Position numbers and translations under genes: made by a program | Part shown: positions 51,529-62,950 of the stretch, in pieces | Position numbering within the stretch: the first letter of the stretch is position 1 | How the letters are laid out: every line of letters begins with the position of its first letter | DNA from: Selaginella moellendorffii | Taxonomy: Eukaryota; Plantae; Lycopodiophyta | Assembly: GCF_000143415.4 (NCBI RefSeq) | Contig: NW_003314280.1 | Coordinates: 1,173,663 to 1,237,662, forward strand | DNA: 64,000 nucleotides | Direction: 5' to 3' | Notes under the pieces: generated by a model | What the model saw: only the letters and a program-made list of their open reading frames with translations | Database searches by the model: none | What the model was told of the DNA's origin: nothing

Positions 51529-51570
51529 TGTGTTCGTGCATGATCTTTTCTCGTGTGCATGATCAAAACA

Positions 51571-51658
51571 TATATACCAAACAGCAGCTTGACTAAAAGT
51601 CTCGTGTCCTACAAAGTCGTGTTTCACTTTTGACTGTTCGAACGAGGTCAAACTGGAG
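51571..51658 (-). promoter_or_regulatory. Peptide-gene promoter: TATA box plus three W-boxes
   Basis: TATATA 51571-51576; TTGACT 51589-51594 and 51630-51635; GGTCAA 51646-51651 inside the conserved GAGGTCAAACTGGAG. Confidence 0.6.
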
Positions 51659-51811
51659 TTCATTTAGCAGCTTCCAGGGCTCCCTTGTGACAATTTTCAC
51701 GTTTTAAAGGAGCCGATGCTTACAATGCAATTTTACGGCAAAGAACGATTCAAAGAGAATAACATGTTTTGGAGATAAAAAGAACAAGAACCAACACATA
51801 AAGCATTATTG

Positions 51812-51895
51812 TCATGGGCTCATCTTCCTGGATCTCAACCTTCTGAATGACAAATGAAAATGCTATAATCACAACAAGAGCGTATTGCTTCCAAT
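51812..51895 (-). pseudogene. Decayed peptide gene, copy 2
   Basis: QYALVVIIAFSFVIQKVE retained, but ATG changed to TTG, deletions remove the C-terminal motif, and the TATA box is mutated (TGTATA). Confidence 0.7.
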
Positions 51896-52142
51896 GTTTG
51901 CTTGCATTATTCTTTCTTGTATGATCAAAACATGTATACAAGAGTAGAACATCTTGCCTGGAAGTCTCTTGTTCTACAAATTCGTGCTTCACTTTGACTT
52001 TTCTTCTTTCAGTCATGAGGTCAAACTGGAGTAAATTCAGTGGCTTCCACCTTGTGACAGATTTCCACATATTTAAAGGAGCCCATGCTCACATTCAGAC
52101 TAGAAATGGCTCCAATGGATATTTTCTGTCTTGGAATATCGC

Positions 52143-54190
52143 AGGGCTCCTGCTTGTGTGGATTCGATTTAGATCTCATTGAATATTCAAGGGTTGCCAT
52201 TAGTTATATATGATCATATGGGTAAAAAAAAAATTCCAAAAGGGTAATTAATGATTCCTTTAGGGGCTTTCCCTATGGGGGTGTTTGTTGTAGGAGAGAA
52301 TGACCAGCATTCCCCCATCTGCACACTGTTGCAAGTGCCATTAGTAGTGTTGCGACGGAAGTGTCTAGGGTGGAGTGGCAAGTCGACAGTTTGAGTTGTG
52401 AGGTAGCAGGGTAGTATAGCCACAGCTAAGGAGCAACTCAACTAGCCCAACATAGTTTTGCTATAGTTTTGTGAAGTAGAGTTAGGTGCAATGAAAGGAG
52501 TGCTGAGACAAGCAAGGCATAAGAAGTGAGCATTAAGAGAGTGCAAGCAAGTTAGTGAGTGTATATTTTTAGTATTGATGAATTAATCTTCAATTTTTTC
52601 TTTTAAGTTAAGCTATGTCAGATGACCTTGGAGTTTAAAGTGTGGAGCTCACTGCAATGTGCTAATGATTCAACCAATTGAGTGAGCTTACTCGTGAGGC
52701 TCACAAGTGGGGTAAACCTCTCCAAATGTAATAATAAACATGGTTCTTGTTCAAGATCTTGTGCATGATGATAAACTTTATGAAACTAAATTGCAAAGGG
52801 ATCCATTCTTTAAAGCATGACAATAACAGCAATGCAAAAATGCTAAAGAAAAAAATCCTCCTACAATACATTCAAGTACTTGTGCTCCAATGTAACTTTG
52901 ATTAGCTCTTGCAAGTGCATAGGAAACAACCAACTAACTTCAAAGTATCCCAAATGAAGAAAGTGTTTGCAAAGGTGGTGAAGGACAAAATAATAGTATA
53001 TAAAGTCAAGTCATCAACACCACTCTAGGATGAGTGAAAAATGAAAAGGATAATAAAATAACAAAACATGATAGAGGTGTTAGGACTTTGGGTGGAGCTT
53101 ACTTTTCTTCTCAAAAACTTGAAATTCTCTAATTTATAATTAGTTTATTTGCAATTTACAGATATATCACCCCCTTGACAACAAAAAGTATATTGCATTT
53201 AGGTGTGCTAAAGAAAATTATGCCATCTGAAGTATCTCTCTACTACACTCTACTAGCATATTTATATAATAATTTAAATAAAATATAATTTATATTAGTT
53301 TAACAAAATTTTCTTGGAAAGATGAATTTATTTACCCCATGATAAGCTTACTAGCTAAATTCTAAAAGATCTTATGGTGTCTCCAAGCTGTCCCGTGTCA
53401 TACCCATGCAAAGTAAAACAACTGCTATATGCAAAGGATCCAGAAAGGTATAATCAACATTGTTGAGCACATAAGGAGAATGAGATATCGTGCCTTTTCT
53501 CTCGTTACTAAGAATCTATATTTTTCATAAAAAAATTTAAATTTTAAAGAAATTTAAATAAAAAATAATACTTAATAGAAGAATTTAAAATCAGAAGATA
53601 ATACCTAATAAAAAATATTCCAATCCCACTAATAGAGATCTTCATGTTGTTCATTTAAATTAATATTTTATTTATAATTTATAAACCATATTTATAATTC
53701 ATAAAATTTCTTAAATACTTTTTAATATTCCATTAAAAAAATCAATCATTGGAAAAATATATTATTTAAGAACCTTTTCTTTTTTGCAAATAAGATAAAT
53801 TCTTTGAAAAGGATGAGAAGACAAACCTTTTATAAGTGTATCCTATAGGAAAAATTAATTTTCTAAAAGGAAGTTCATTCTTTTAAATTTTTTTATGGGA
53901 ATTAAACTTATAAAAAACTTATTTCCAACCTTTTGGAAATAATATTTTCCCAAAGGGAAACATACTTGAATTGTTAAATTTACCCATATCAAAGGTTTAA
54001 ACTTAACTTACAGACAATTGTTATCCATTATTAGACAGTGTAGATTATATATGTATTAAACATCCTAAAGTTCAATGTGTGCAAGATCCATCCAATGGAA
54101 ACATAAAAAAATCATACAAATTCATACAAAAATTGGATCACATAAACCGTTGTACCAGATAAAAGGCTACATAGGTGCTGGGTTCCAAAT
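52143..54190. mobile_element. AT-rich insertion splitting a PPR-B copy; probable decayed transposon
   Basis: PPR-B 5' homology stops at ~52142 and resumes at ~54200. No clear TIR or TSD found. Confidence 0.35.
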
Positions 54191-54199
54191 TGATTGCCA

Positions 54200-54570
54200 C
54201 ATCTATTACCATCAACACAGCTTACACAGTTTTTAACAAAATGCCACACAACGATATCATTTCCTGAAATTGGTTACTTGCTGTGCATGTTCAGGATTTA
54301 GATTTTTTAAGTAGTTTCGAGAATCTTGGAAGCTTTTCTGTTTAATGCTGGAGTTCCATCAATGGGCATATTCTTGAAGCTGAGAGCATCTGTTTGGGCG
54401 TTCATAAGTGTCCATAACATTCAATGCTAACACAACATTGTTTCCTTGCTCTTGGCATAATCTTTCACGCAATGACCTTTTCCCTTGTAACTCATTACTC
54501 TCGAGTTTGGCAACAGCCAGACACGAGGGACCTGGTATCTTACAATGCGAGCTATTGGGATATTCTCTAC
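54200..54570 (+). pseudogene. Heavily deleted PPR-B remnant
   Basis: Patchy matches to 59475-60200 (e.g. CCATCAATGGGCATATTC, GCTATTGGGATATTCTCTAC). Confidence 0.65.
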
Positions 54571-54589
54571 GATGCCAGAAAATGACCAT

Positions 54590-54960
54590 TATCTCGTATG
54601 CCGCGACCAGAGCATTCTTTCTCCGGCATCTTGTGGAAAATCTCCTCCGCCTTTGTGGCATCACCATGCGAACACCGTATTCCAGGCGATGGAGTCCTCT
54701 CGGGCGAGCTCCTCCGCATCCTCGATTTGCCTTCTCTCGGCAAGTGCACCCTCCATAGCTTTCCACGACCAAGGTATACACGGCTTGCGCGCTGCCGAGA
54801 TTCCCATGCGGAGCGTAGGCGCGCACCATCAGTACCCGCGAACTTTGGGGGCGGCCGTGGCGGAGCTCCTGGAATGCGTCGTGGAGCTCCTGGCCCTGGA
54901 GAGATCGTCGCAGCTCTGGATCAAGCCCACGCATTGACCTCACGTGCTCTAATCATGACA
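54590..54960 (-). pseudogene. PPR-A 5' remnant
   Basis: Matches 50725-51270 with multiple deletions and frameshifts. Confidence 0.75.
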
Positions 54961-55087
54961 AAGAATTATATACTATGTCCTTGGGATTTGTAGAATCCTT
55001 GATAGAAGTATGTGTTGTCGGGAGAAAAAAAACATAGAATTTGAAAGAAATCAGAAGAAGAAAGGAAGAACAAAATCGTCATTATTG

Positions 55088-55240
55088 TCATGGCATCATC
55101 TCGGGAGGGGACCTCCTTAGGGGCCTAAAATCCTGATCAGATCGGCCAGGCGGTCCGACTCTCTGGCTCTCGATCGTCTGGATGCCAATTGATAATACAA
55201 TGAAAATCACAACAAGAGCATATCGCCAAACCCATTGCAT
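55088..55240 (-). CDS. Small secreted Pro-rich peptide precursor, copy 3 (50 aa; absent from the ORF track)
   Basis: Hand translation: MQWVWRYALVVIFIVLSIGIQTIES-QRVGPPGRSDQDFRPLRRSPPEMMP*. TATA 55277-55284; W-boxes 55350-55355 and 55378-55383. Confidence 0.8.
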   Translation of the reverse strand: MQWVWRYALVVIFIVLSIGIQTIESQRVGPPGRSDQDFRPLRRSPPEMMP

Positions 55241-55559
55241 CGTCTTCCTGCATTACTTTTTCTTGTATGATCAAAATATATATACAGAAGAGGCACTGAA
55301 AGTCTCGCGATCTACAAAAGTTGTGTTTCACTCTGACTTTAATACTTTTAGTCAAAATTTTCGTCTTGATCGAATGAGGTCAAACTGGAGTTCATCCAGC
55401 AGCTTCCAGGGCTCCCATTCTCAGCGATGACAAGAAGAAATCCTCTTCTTCCGCGAGGAAATTTCCCTGGGATGGAGGTACTGCTGATAGTCTCGCAAAA
55501 CATGCGGATGGGCGATGGTCCCTGGCATGGATGCGGCAATGGATGAAACTGCAATGCCG

Positions 55560-56890
55560 CTGTGGAATCTAGTTTCCTGGACTTCAATGCTTGTTTGTCA
55601 TGCACGAAACAAGAAGTTGGTAGAAGCTTGGAATCTTTTCCACTTAATGGATGCCTGAGAGGGACCTCATTTGCTGGAGCTCCATGTTTTCTGCTTATAC
55701 CATCCATGGGCAAATACTTGAAGCCGAGAGCATCTGTTTCCAGATGCCCCTCACGAACTTGGTCTCGCGGACAGCTCTTCTTAGCATAAAACTAACCTGG
55801 CCGAGCATTCGTGGACTTCGATGCTCTTGGCATATTCCCAACACGGGCATATTGACTTGGCCATTGGAATCTTTCATGTGATGCCAAAATCCAACCTCTT
55901 CTCTTGTAACTCGTTCCTGTTGGCAGTTTAGTCTAGTGGCGACGTGGTGATGGCGAAACAAGTATTCGACAACATGCCCAAGTGGGACTTGGTATCTTAC
56001 AATGCCCTTATTGCAGCATATGCTCAAAACGCTGATATTTCCTATTGGGATATTCTCTACCATGCCGTCACTTCGTTTACTTGTGTGCTAGCAGCATACG
56101 CGGATGCTGGGGAATCTAGAAGAAGCTGAGCGGATCTTTACTAGAATACCGGTGGGATGTTGTGGCGTGTGGTGCTATGTTGTCCGCATATGCCAGTTCG
56201 TGGCATCTGGAAGATACTAACGCTTGTTTGAGTCGATGTTGCGAAGGAATCTGGTTTCACAATTATCACAGCGTATGCCCAGTATGGACATATTGAAGAA
56301 TCTAAGAGCATGTTTGAAAATATGCCAGAGAGGAATCTGCTGGCATGGAATGCCATGCTTGTAGCATATGCCCAGCTAGGATACGCTGACATGTCACGCC
56401 ACCTTTTCCAGCAGATCCCTCAACGGGATGTCATATCTTGGAACTCCCTTCTCTTTGCGCATGCCAGCACAGGGAACGTTCCATGCACTGAAAAGATGCT
56501 TGCTCGCCTTCCAGAAGAGAACCTCACGTCTTGGAATGCCTGGATATTGGCATGTGCCACAACGGCTACATGGCGAAGGCCTTCGATGCGTCTAGCAGGC
56601 TCCGGCTGTGCCGTCTCCCCGACGGGACGAGCTTCGTTACAATGCTCATAGCGTGCAAGCACGAAGGCAAGGTACATGCCGGGAGATCTTTCTTCGTTTC
56701 CATGGGAATGGACTATGGCTTGCAGTTCCAGAGGCAGCACTACTGCTGTATCGTCGATCTTCTGGCGAGGGGTGGCTACTTGGAGGACGCGGAGGACCTG
56801 ATCGCCAACATGCCTTTTGTGCCCGAGCCCAGGGAGTGGCTATGCCTCCTCGGATCTTGCCGCTCGCACAGAGATGTAGATCGAGGAGCA
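55560..56890 (+). pseudogene. PPR-B pseudogene
   Basis: Colinear with 59640-61043 but with frameshifts, stops and deletions. Confidence 0.85.
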
Positions 56891-57285
56891 CACCGTCAGC
56901 GAAGCGCTGTGGATTGAACTCGTTGGCATCTTCACCCCACACTCCTTGTCGTGAAGGATAGAGAGTATCGGCACGAGAACGCCGGTTCCCTCAAGTTTCC
57001 CAGCTTCGTGTCCTCCATGGCCGTGCGGACCAAGAACACGGCCGGTGGATACAGCCGCAGCATCTCGTTGAGCACCATTCCCACCTGGAAACGAGAACAG
57101 TGAGAATGAGAGGAGAAAAGCAAGATTTTGCTCACTATCGTCAGCTTGCTGGCTGCTTCTGAATCCGGGACGCCGGACTTGCAAACTTCCAGTACCTCTG
57201 CTTGAGCACGCTCTTGCCAAGTCGGGTTTGTGGCGAGCAGCATCATCGCCCGAGTTATCAGCTTGGCTGTGGTTTCATGGCCAGC
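56890..57285 (-). pseudogene. Cytochrome P450 (CYP72-clan-like) fragment
   Basis: AGHETTA (I-helix), WQERAQAEV, NEMLRLYPP (ExxR), WGEDANEFNPQRF. Truncated at both ends. Confidence 0.85.
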
Positions 57286-57289
57286 ATCG

Positions 57290-58437
57290 TCGCGCACGTC
57301 ACCATGTCCCGACTGTCACTTGACGCCCTCCACGTGGCCGATGTCCGCGAACTCTGCCAGCATGGCATTCCACGTCACCATGTGGCCGCATCGCGCGGAA
57401 TATCCGCGCGCGGTTGCGTGGTCCCCTGCCGCCACGATCACTGTCGCCGACGACACAACGGCATCCGACGGTAGAGATCCGCTGCCGCGTGGCCGTTGGT
57501 GCAACACGCTGCGATCATCGTGGTCCACGACGTGAGGTTTTTCTCTGGAATGGATTCGAACACGTGACACGCCTCTGCTAGATGCCCCGCTTGGGCATAA
57601 GCATGGAGAAGAGACACGGTGTTTTTCTGGGGTATGCTATCCAAAAACGCTTTTGCTTGATCTACTAAGTGGCCTTGTGTGTATGCTCCAATCATCGCAG
57701 TGAAAGACACAACGTCCCACTCGAGCATATCATCAAACAGTAGCTTCGCTTGATCGAAACCGCCACCCTCGGCATAAGCAGATATCATGCAGTTACGCGA
57801 GATCAAATCCCTCTCGGGCATCTCGTCAAACATCAGCCGAGCGCCACGCAAATCCCCGGACTGGGCGCGCGCGCGCATCACGGCAGTCCAAGCGATTGGG
57901 TTCCAGGAGGGCATTCGATCCAGAAGAGTTTTCGCCTTCGTGGGTGTATGCCGCGAACAGAGCATTCCAGGATGCCAGATCTCTCTCCGGCATCTCGTGG
58001 AAGATCTCCTCGGCCTTCGCGGCATGCCCTGCCCGGGCAAATGCCGCGTTCCAGGCGATGGAATCCCTCTCGGGCATTCGCAAGAAGAGCTCCTCCGCAT
58101 CCTCGATTCGCCCCCTCTCGGCAAGCGCGCACCCCATGGCTGTCCACGACACAAGATTCTTGCAGGGCATCGACACAAACACGGCTTGCGTGCCATCGAG
58201 ATCCCCGTGCCGAGCGTAGGCGCGCATCATCAGCACCCACGAGAAGGCATCCTTGCAGGGCATGGCGTCGAAGATTGCTCGCGCCTTGCGCCCATACATC
58301 TCGAAGATCTTGTTGGGCACGAATGTGTCAGTGGCGGCGGCCGTGGTGAGCTCCAGGAATGCAGCGTGGAGCTCCCGGGCTCTGGAGAGATCGTTGCAGC
58401 TCTGGATCAAGCCCACGCACTGAGCTCGATCGAGCAT
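57290..58437 (-). pseudogene. PPR-A-related (PPR-A') pseudogene
   Basis: Same N-terminus MLDRAQCVGLIQSC as PPR-A, then frameshifts and a different downstream repeat array. Confidence 0.85.
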
Positions 58438-58601
58438 AGGATAGCAAGCGTGCTCTGATCATGACAAAGAAAACCTTCTCTCCCTGCGATTAGTAACAGA
58501 AATATATTACATCTGAAAGTAGGAAGTCGGGGTAGATAGATGATCCAAGATAATAACTTGTTGGGAAGAAGAAAATAAGAACAATTTTAGAGCCATTCAT
58601 G

Positions 58602-58736
58602 TCACGGACTCATTTCGGGAGGGGGCTTGATTGGAGGCCTCAAACCCGGATCAGGTTCGCACTCAACCTTTTGGATGACAATAGCGAAGACAATGAAAAT
58701 CACAACTTGAAGAGCGTATTGCCAAACCCATCGCAT
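58602..58736 (-). CDS. Small secreted Pro-rich peptide precursor, copy 4 (44 aa; absent from the ORF track)
   Basis: Hand translation: MRWVWQYALQVVIFIVFAIVIQKVEC-EPDPGLRPPIKPPPEMSP*. TATA 58780-58785; W-boxes at 58798, 58839 and 58855. Confidence 0.8.
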   Translation of the reverse strand: MRWVWQYALQVVIFIVFAIVIQKVECEPDPGLRPPIKPPPEMSP

Positions 58737-58976
58737 TGTGTTCTTGAAATGATTTTTTCTTGTGTGCATACTCAAAACATATATACCAAACAGCAGCTTG
58801 ACTAAAAATCTCGTGTCCTACAAAGTCGTGTTTCACTTTTGACTGTTCGAACGAGGTCAAACTGGAGTTCATTTAGCAGCTTCCAGGGCTCCCTTGTGAC
58901 AATAAAGGACCGGATGCTCACAATGCGATCCTACGGCAAAGAACGATTCAAAGATTCAAAGCGAATAAAATTACTG

Positions 58977-59078
58977 TCATGAAAATTTCGAATTAGACTC
59001 CTGGCCCTCGACCTTATGAATGACAAATGAAAATACTATGAAAATCACAACAAGAGCATATCGCCAAACGGATTCCAA
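58977..59078 (-). pseudogene. Decayed peptide gene, copy 5
   Basis: (TTG)ESVWRYALVVIFIVFSFVIHKVEGQESNSKFS*: start codon lost and C-terminal motif deleted. Confidence 0.7.
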
Positions 59079-59334
59079 TGCATGATTCTTTCAAACTCTA
59101 TATATACAAACAAGCACTCAACGTCACGTGATCTACAAAGTCGTGGTTCACTCTGACTTTAATACTTTTCAGTCAAAAATTTCGAATGAGGTCAAACTGG
59201 AGTTCATCCAGCAGATTCCATTGTCACGTTTTGAGAGAGCCCATTCTCACAATCAGATTAGAAATGGCTTTGATGCAGATTGTCTCTCCCGGAACATCGC
59301 CATTTGCCGGCATTGCAAGGAGGGCCGGATCCAA

Positions 59335-61200
59335 ATGGCTAAACAGCTCTTCGATGCAATGCCAGTCCAGAACCTGGTGGCAGCAACCGCGCTCCTGGAT
59401 GCATATGCCCGTGTGGGGCATTTGGACTGCGCTCGGGGAATCGTCAGTCAAATGCCTGTGATGGATTCGGTGTCATCCATTACCATCGTCACAGCGTTCG
59501 CGAGATCAGGAAATTTCAAAGCAGCGGCAATGCGTTTTGAAGAAATGCCACACAAGGATATCGTTTCCTGGAACTGTTTGCTTGCTGCGCATGCCCTGGC
59601 AGGGCATTTGAAGGACGCTCTTAAGATTTTTTACGCGATGCCGCTGTGGAATTTAGTTTCCTGGACTTCAATGCTTGTTTGTCATGCACGAAACAATAAG
59701 TTGGTCGAAGCTTGGAATCTTTTCTGCTTGATGCCTGAGAGGGACTTCATTTGCTGGAGCTCCATGCTTTCTGCTTATACCATCAATGGGCATATTCCTG
59801 AAGCCGAGAGCATCTGTTCCCAGATGCCCCTCACGAACTTGGTCTCGCAGACGGCTCTTCTTAGCATGTACGCGCAGTACGGAAAGCTGGAGAAAGCAAA
59901 GAAAACGTTTGATACTATGCCCGAGCACAACATTGTTTCGTGGACTTCGATGCTCTTGGCATATTCCCAACACGGGCATATTGACTTGGTCATTGGAATC
60001 TTTCACGTGATGCCAGAATCCAACCTTTTCTCTTGTAACTCGTTACTGTCGGCAGTTTCGTCCAGCGGCGACGTGGCAATGGCGAAACAAGTATTCGATG
60101 ACATGCCCGAGTGGGACTTGGTATCTTACAATGCCCTTCTTGCGGCATATGCTCAGAACGGGCATATGATATTTGCTATTGGGATATTCTCTACCATGCC
60201 ACAGAGGGATCTCGCTTCTTTTACTTGTGTGCTAGCAGCATACGCGGATGCTGGGAATCTACAAGAAGCTGAGCGGATCTTTACTAGAATGCCGATATGG
60301 GATGTTGTGGCGTGTGGTGCTATGTTGTCCGCATATGCCAGTTCGTGGCATCTGGAAGATACTAAACGCCTGTTTGAATCGATGTTGCAAAGGAATCTGG
60401 TTTCATGGACTACCATGATCACAGCGTATGCCCAGTATGGACATATTGAAGAATCTAAAAACATGTTTGATAGGATGCCGGAGAGGAATTTGGTGGCATG
60501 GAATGCCATGCTTGTAGCATATGCCCAGCTAGGGGACGCTGACATGTCACGCCACCTTTTCCAGCAGATGCCTCAACGGGATGTCATCTCTTGGAACTCC
60601 CTTCTCTTTGCGCATGCCAACACAGGGAACGTTCCATGCACTGAAAAGATGCTTGCTCGCCTTCCAGAAGAGAACCTCACGTCTTGGAATGCCTGGATAT
60701 CGGCGCTGTGCCACAATGGCTACTCGACGAAGGCCTTGGATGCGTTTAGCAGGCTCCGGCTGTGCCATCTCCCCGACGGGACGAGCTTCGTTACAATGCT
60801 CATAGCGTGCAAGCACGAAGGGAAGGTACGTGCCGGGAGATCTTTCTTCGTTTCCATGGCAATGGACTATGGCTTGCAGTTCCAGAGGCAGCACTACTGC
60901 TGCATGGTCGATCTTCTGGCGAGGGGTGGCTACTTGGAGGACGCGGAGGACCTGATCGCCAACATGCCCTTTGTGCCCGAGCCCAGGGAGTGGCTATGCC
61001 TCCTCGGATCTGGCCGCTCGCACAGAGATGTAGATCGGGGAGCAAATGCCGCGAAGCATGCTTTTGCACTTGATCCAAACTGTGGAGCAAGTTACACACT
61101 GGTTGCCAACATTTTACAAGTCCCAAGCATAAAGTTACCAGTTGCGTCGTCAACTTTCTTACACTCCTCTTCGGCATGCCATGCTTCGGCGTTAGAGTAA
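59335..61200 (+). CDS. PLS-class PPR protein with E domain (PPR-B, open frame)
   Basis: S-type repeat array, HYCCMVDLLARGGYLEDAEDLI, ALDPNCGASYTLVANI. First in-frame ATG at 59335; the frame is open from 59128. Confidence 0.85.
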   Translation: MAKQLFDAMPVQNLVAATALLDAYARVGHLDCARGIVSQMPVMDSVSSITIVTAFARSGNFKAAAMRFEEMPHKDIVSWNCLLAAHALAGHLKDALKIFYAMPLWNLVSWTSMLVCHARNNKLVEAWNLFCLMPERDFICWSSMLSAYTINGHIPEAESICSQMPLTNLVSQTALLSMYAQYGKLEKAKKTFDTMPEHNIVSWTSMLLAYSQHGHIDLVIGIFHVMPESNLFSCNSLLSAVSSSGDVAMAKQVFDDMPEWDLVSYNALLAAYAQNGHMIFAIGIFSTMPQRDLASFTCVLAAYADAGNLQEAERIFTRMPIWDVVACGAMLSAYASSWHLEDTKRLFESMLQRNLVSWTTMITAYAQYGHIEESKNMFDRMPERNLVAWNAMLVAYAQLGDADMSRHLFQQMPQRDVISWNSLLFAHANTGNVPCTEKMLARLPEENLTSWNAWISALCHNGYSTKALDAFSRLRLCHLPDGTSFVTMLIACKHEGKVRAGRSFFVSMAMDYGLQFQRQHYCCMVDLLARGGYLEDAEDLIANMPFVPEPREWLCLLGSGRSHRDVDRGANAAKHAFALDPNCGASYTLVANILQVPSIKLPVASSTFLHSSSACHASALE

Positions 61201-61756
61201 GGCGCAGCACAGGGCTGTGCTGGTAACTTGGCGATATCTCCAAGCTAAACCTGTGGAGGATCATGGTCAGCGCAACCTTGGCCTCCATGAGAGCGAATCC
61301 TTGGCCGAGGCAAACCCGGGGCCTGTGAGAGAAGGGGAGAAAGGCAAACGGGTGCTTGGAGGCGTTGGCCACACCGTCAGCGAAGCGCTGTGGATTGAAC
61401 TCGTTGGCATCTTCGCCCCACACTTCCTTGTCGTGGAGGATAGAGAGTATCGGCACGAGAACGCCGGTTCCCTCTGGAACAATCAAGTTTCCCAGCTTCG
61501 TGTCCTCCATGGCCGTGCGGACCAAGAACACGGCCGGTGGATACAGCCGCAGTGTCTCGTTGAGCACCATTCCCACCTGGAAGGAAACGAGAACAGTGAG
61601 AACGAGAGGAGAAAAGCAAGATTTTGCTCACGATCTTCAGCTTGCTGGCTGGGAAGACTTGCAAACTTCCAGTACCTCTGCTCGAGCACGCTCTTGCCAA
61701 GTCGGGTTTGTGGCGAGCAGCATCATCGCCCAAGTTATCAGCTTGGCTGTGGTTTA
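61170..61756 (-). pseudogene. Cytochrome P450 (CYP72-clan-like) C-terminal fragment
   Basis: NETLRLYPP, FNPQRF, heme motif FSHRPRVCLG (conserved G replaced by R), FSLEISPSYQH. N-terminal two-thirds missing. Confidence 0.88.
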
Positions 61757-61759
61757 CGT

Positions 61760-62950
61760 AAAGCATCGTCGCCCACGTCACCAGTCAAACAGCGACTTGG
61801 CGCCCTCCACGTGGCCGCTGTCCGCGAACGCTGCCAGCGTGGCATTCCATGTCACCAGGTGGCGCTCCGGCATTTTGTCAAACAGGTCCTCGAGGTCGCC
61901 GCCCTGCGACATCGCCGCGATCAGGGCCGTGCAGTTCACGAGGGGCATCGCGCGGGATATCCGCGTCGTGGTCGCGTGGTCCCTGCCGCCGCGATCACTG
62001 TCGCCGACGACCTCACGTCCCGCGTGGGCATCCGACGATAGAGATCCGCTGCCGCGTCAATCTGCGATCATCGTGGTCCACGACGTGAGGGTTTTCTCTG
62101 GAATGGATTCGAACACGTGACACGCCTCTGCTAGCACGGTGTTTTTCTGGGGTATACGCTTTTGCTTGATCTACTAAGTGGCCTTGTGTGTATGCTCTGA
62201 TCATCGCAGTGAAAGACACAACGTCCCACTCGGGCATAGTAGCTTCGCTTGATCGAAACCGCCACCCTCGGCATAAGCAGATATCATGCAGTTACGCGAG
62301 ATCAAATCCCTCTCGGGCATCTCGTCAAACATCAGCCGAGCGCCACGCAAATTCCCGGACTGGGCGCGCGCGCCCATCACGGCAGTCAAAGCGATTGGGT
62401 TCCAGGAGGGGATTCGATCCAGAAGCGCTTTCGCCTTCGTGGGTGTATGCCGCGAGCAGAGCATTCCAGGATGCCAGATCTCTCTCCGGCATCTCGTGGA
62501 AGATCTCCTCGGCCTTCGCGGCATGCCCCGCCCGGGCAAATGCCGCGACCATCGCGTTCCAGGCGATGGAATCCCTCTCGGGCATTTTCAAGAAGAGCTC
62601 CTTCGCATCCTCGATTCGCCCCCTCTCGGCAAGCGCGCACACCATGGCTGTCCACGACACAAGATTCTTGCAGGGCATCGACACAAACACGGCCTGCGCG
62701 CCATCGAGATCCCCGTGCCGCGCATCATCTGCACCCACGAGAAGGCATCCTTGCAGGGCATGGCGTCGAAGATCGCTCGCGCCTCGCGCACGCTCCCGCA
62801 GCGCCCATACATCTCGATGATCTTGTTGGGCACGAAGGTGTCAGTGGCGGCGGCCGTGGCGAGCTCCTGGAATGCGGCATGGAGCTCCCTGGCCCTGGAG
62901 AGATCGTTGCAGCTCTGGATCAAGCCCACGCACTGAGCTCGATCGAGCAT
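61760..62950 (-). pseudogene. PPR-A' pseudogene (second copy)
   Basis: Paralog of 57290-58437 with additional frameshifts. Confidence 0.85.

Noticed and set aside
51529-51663. Upstream extensions of peptide ORFs in the track (95 and 83 aa versions)
   Set aside because: They run through the TATA/W-box promoter and are not conserved in frame among copies.
55137-55355. Cys-rich alternative-frame peptide (MGLAICSCCDFHC...), also 58663-58872
   Set aside because: Shifted frame of the peptide genes; length and cysteines are not conserved, whereas the signal-peptide frame keeps its motif and stop position.
56890-61756. Biosynthetic cluster in which a P450 modifies the peptides
   Set aside because: Both CYP copies are truncated fragments (one with a mutated heme motif); only co-duplication is supported within this window.
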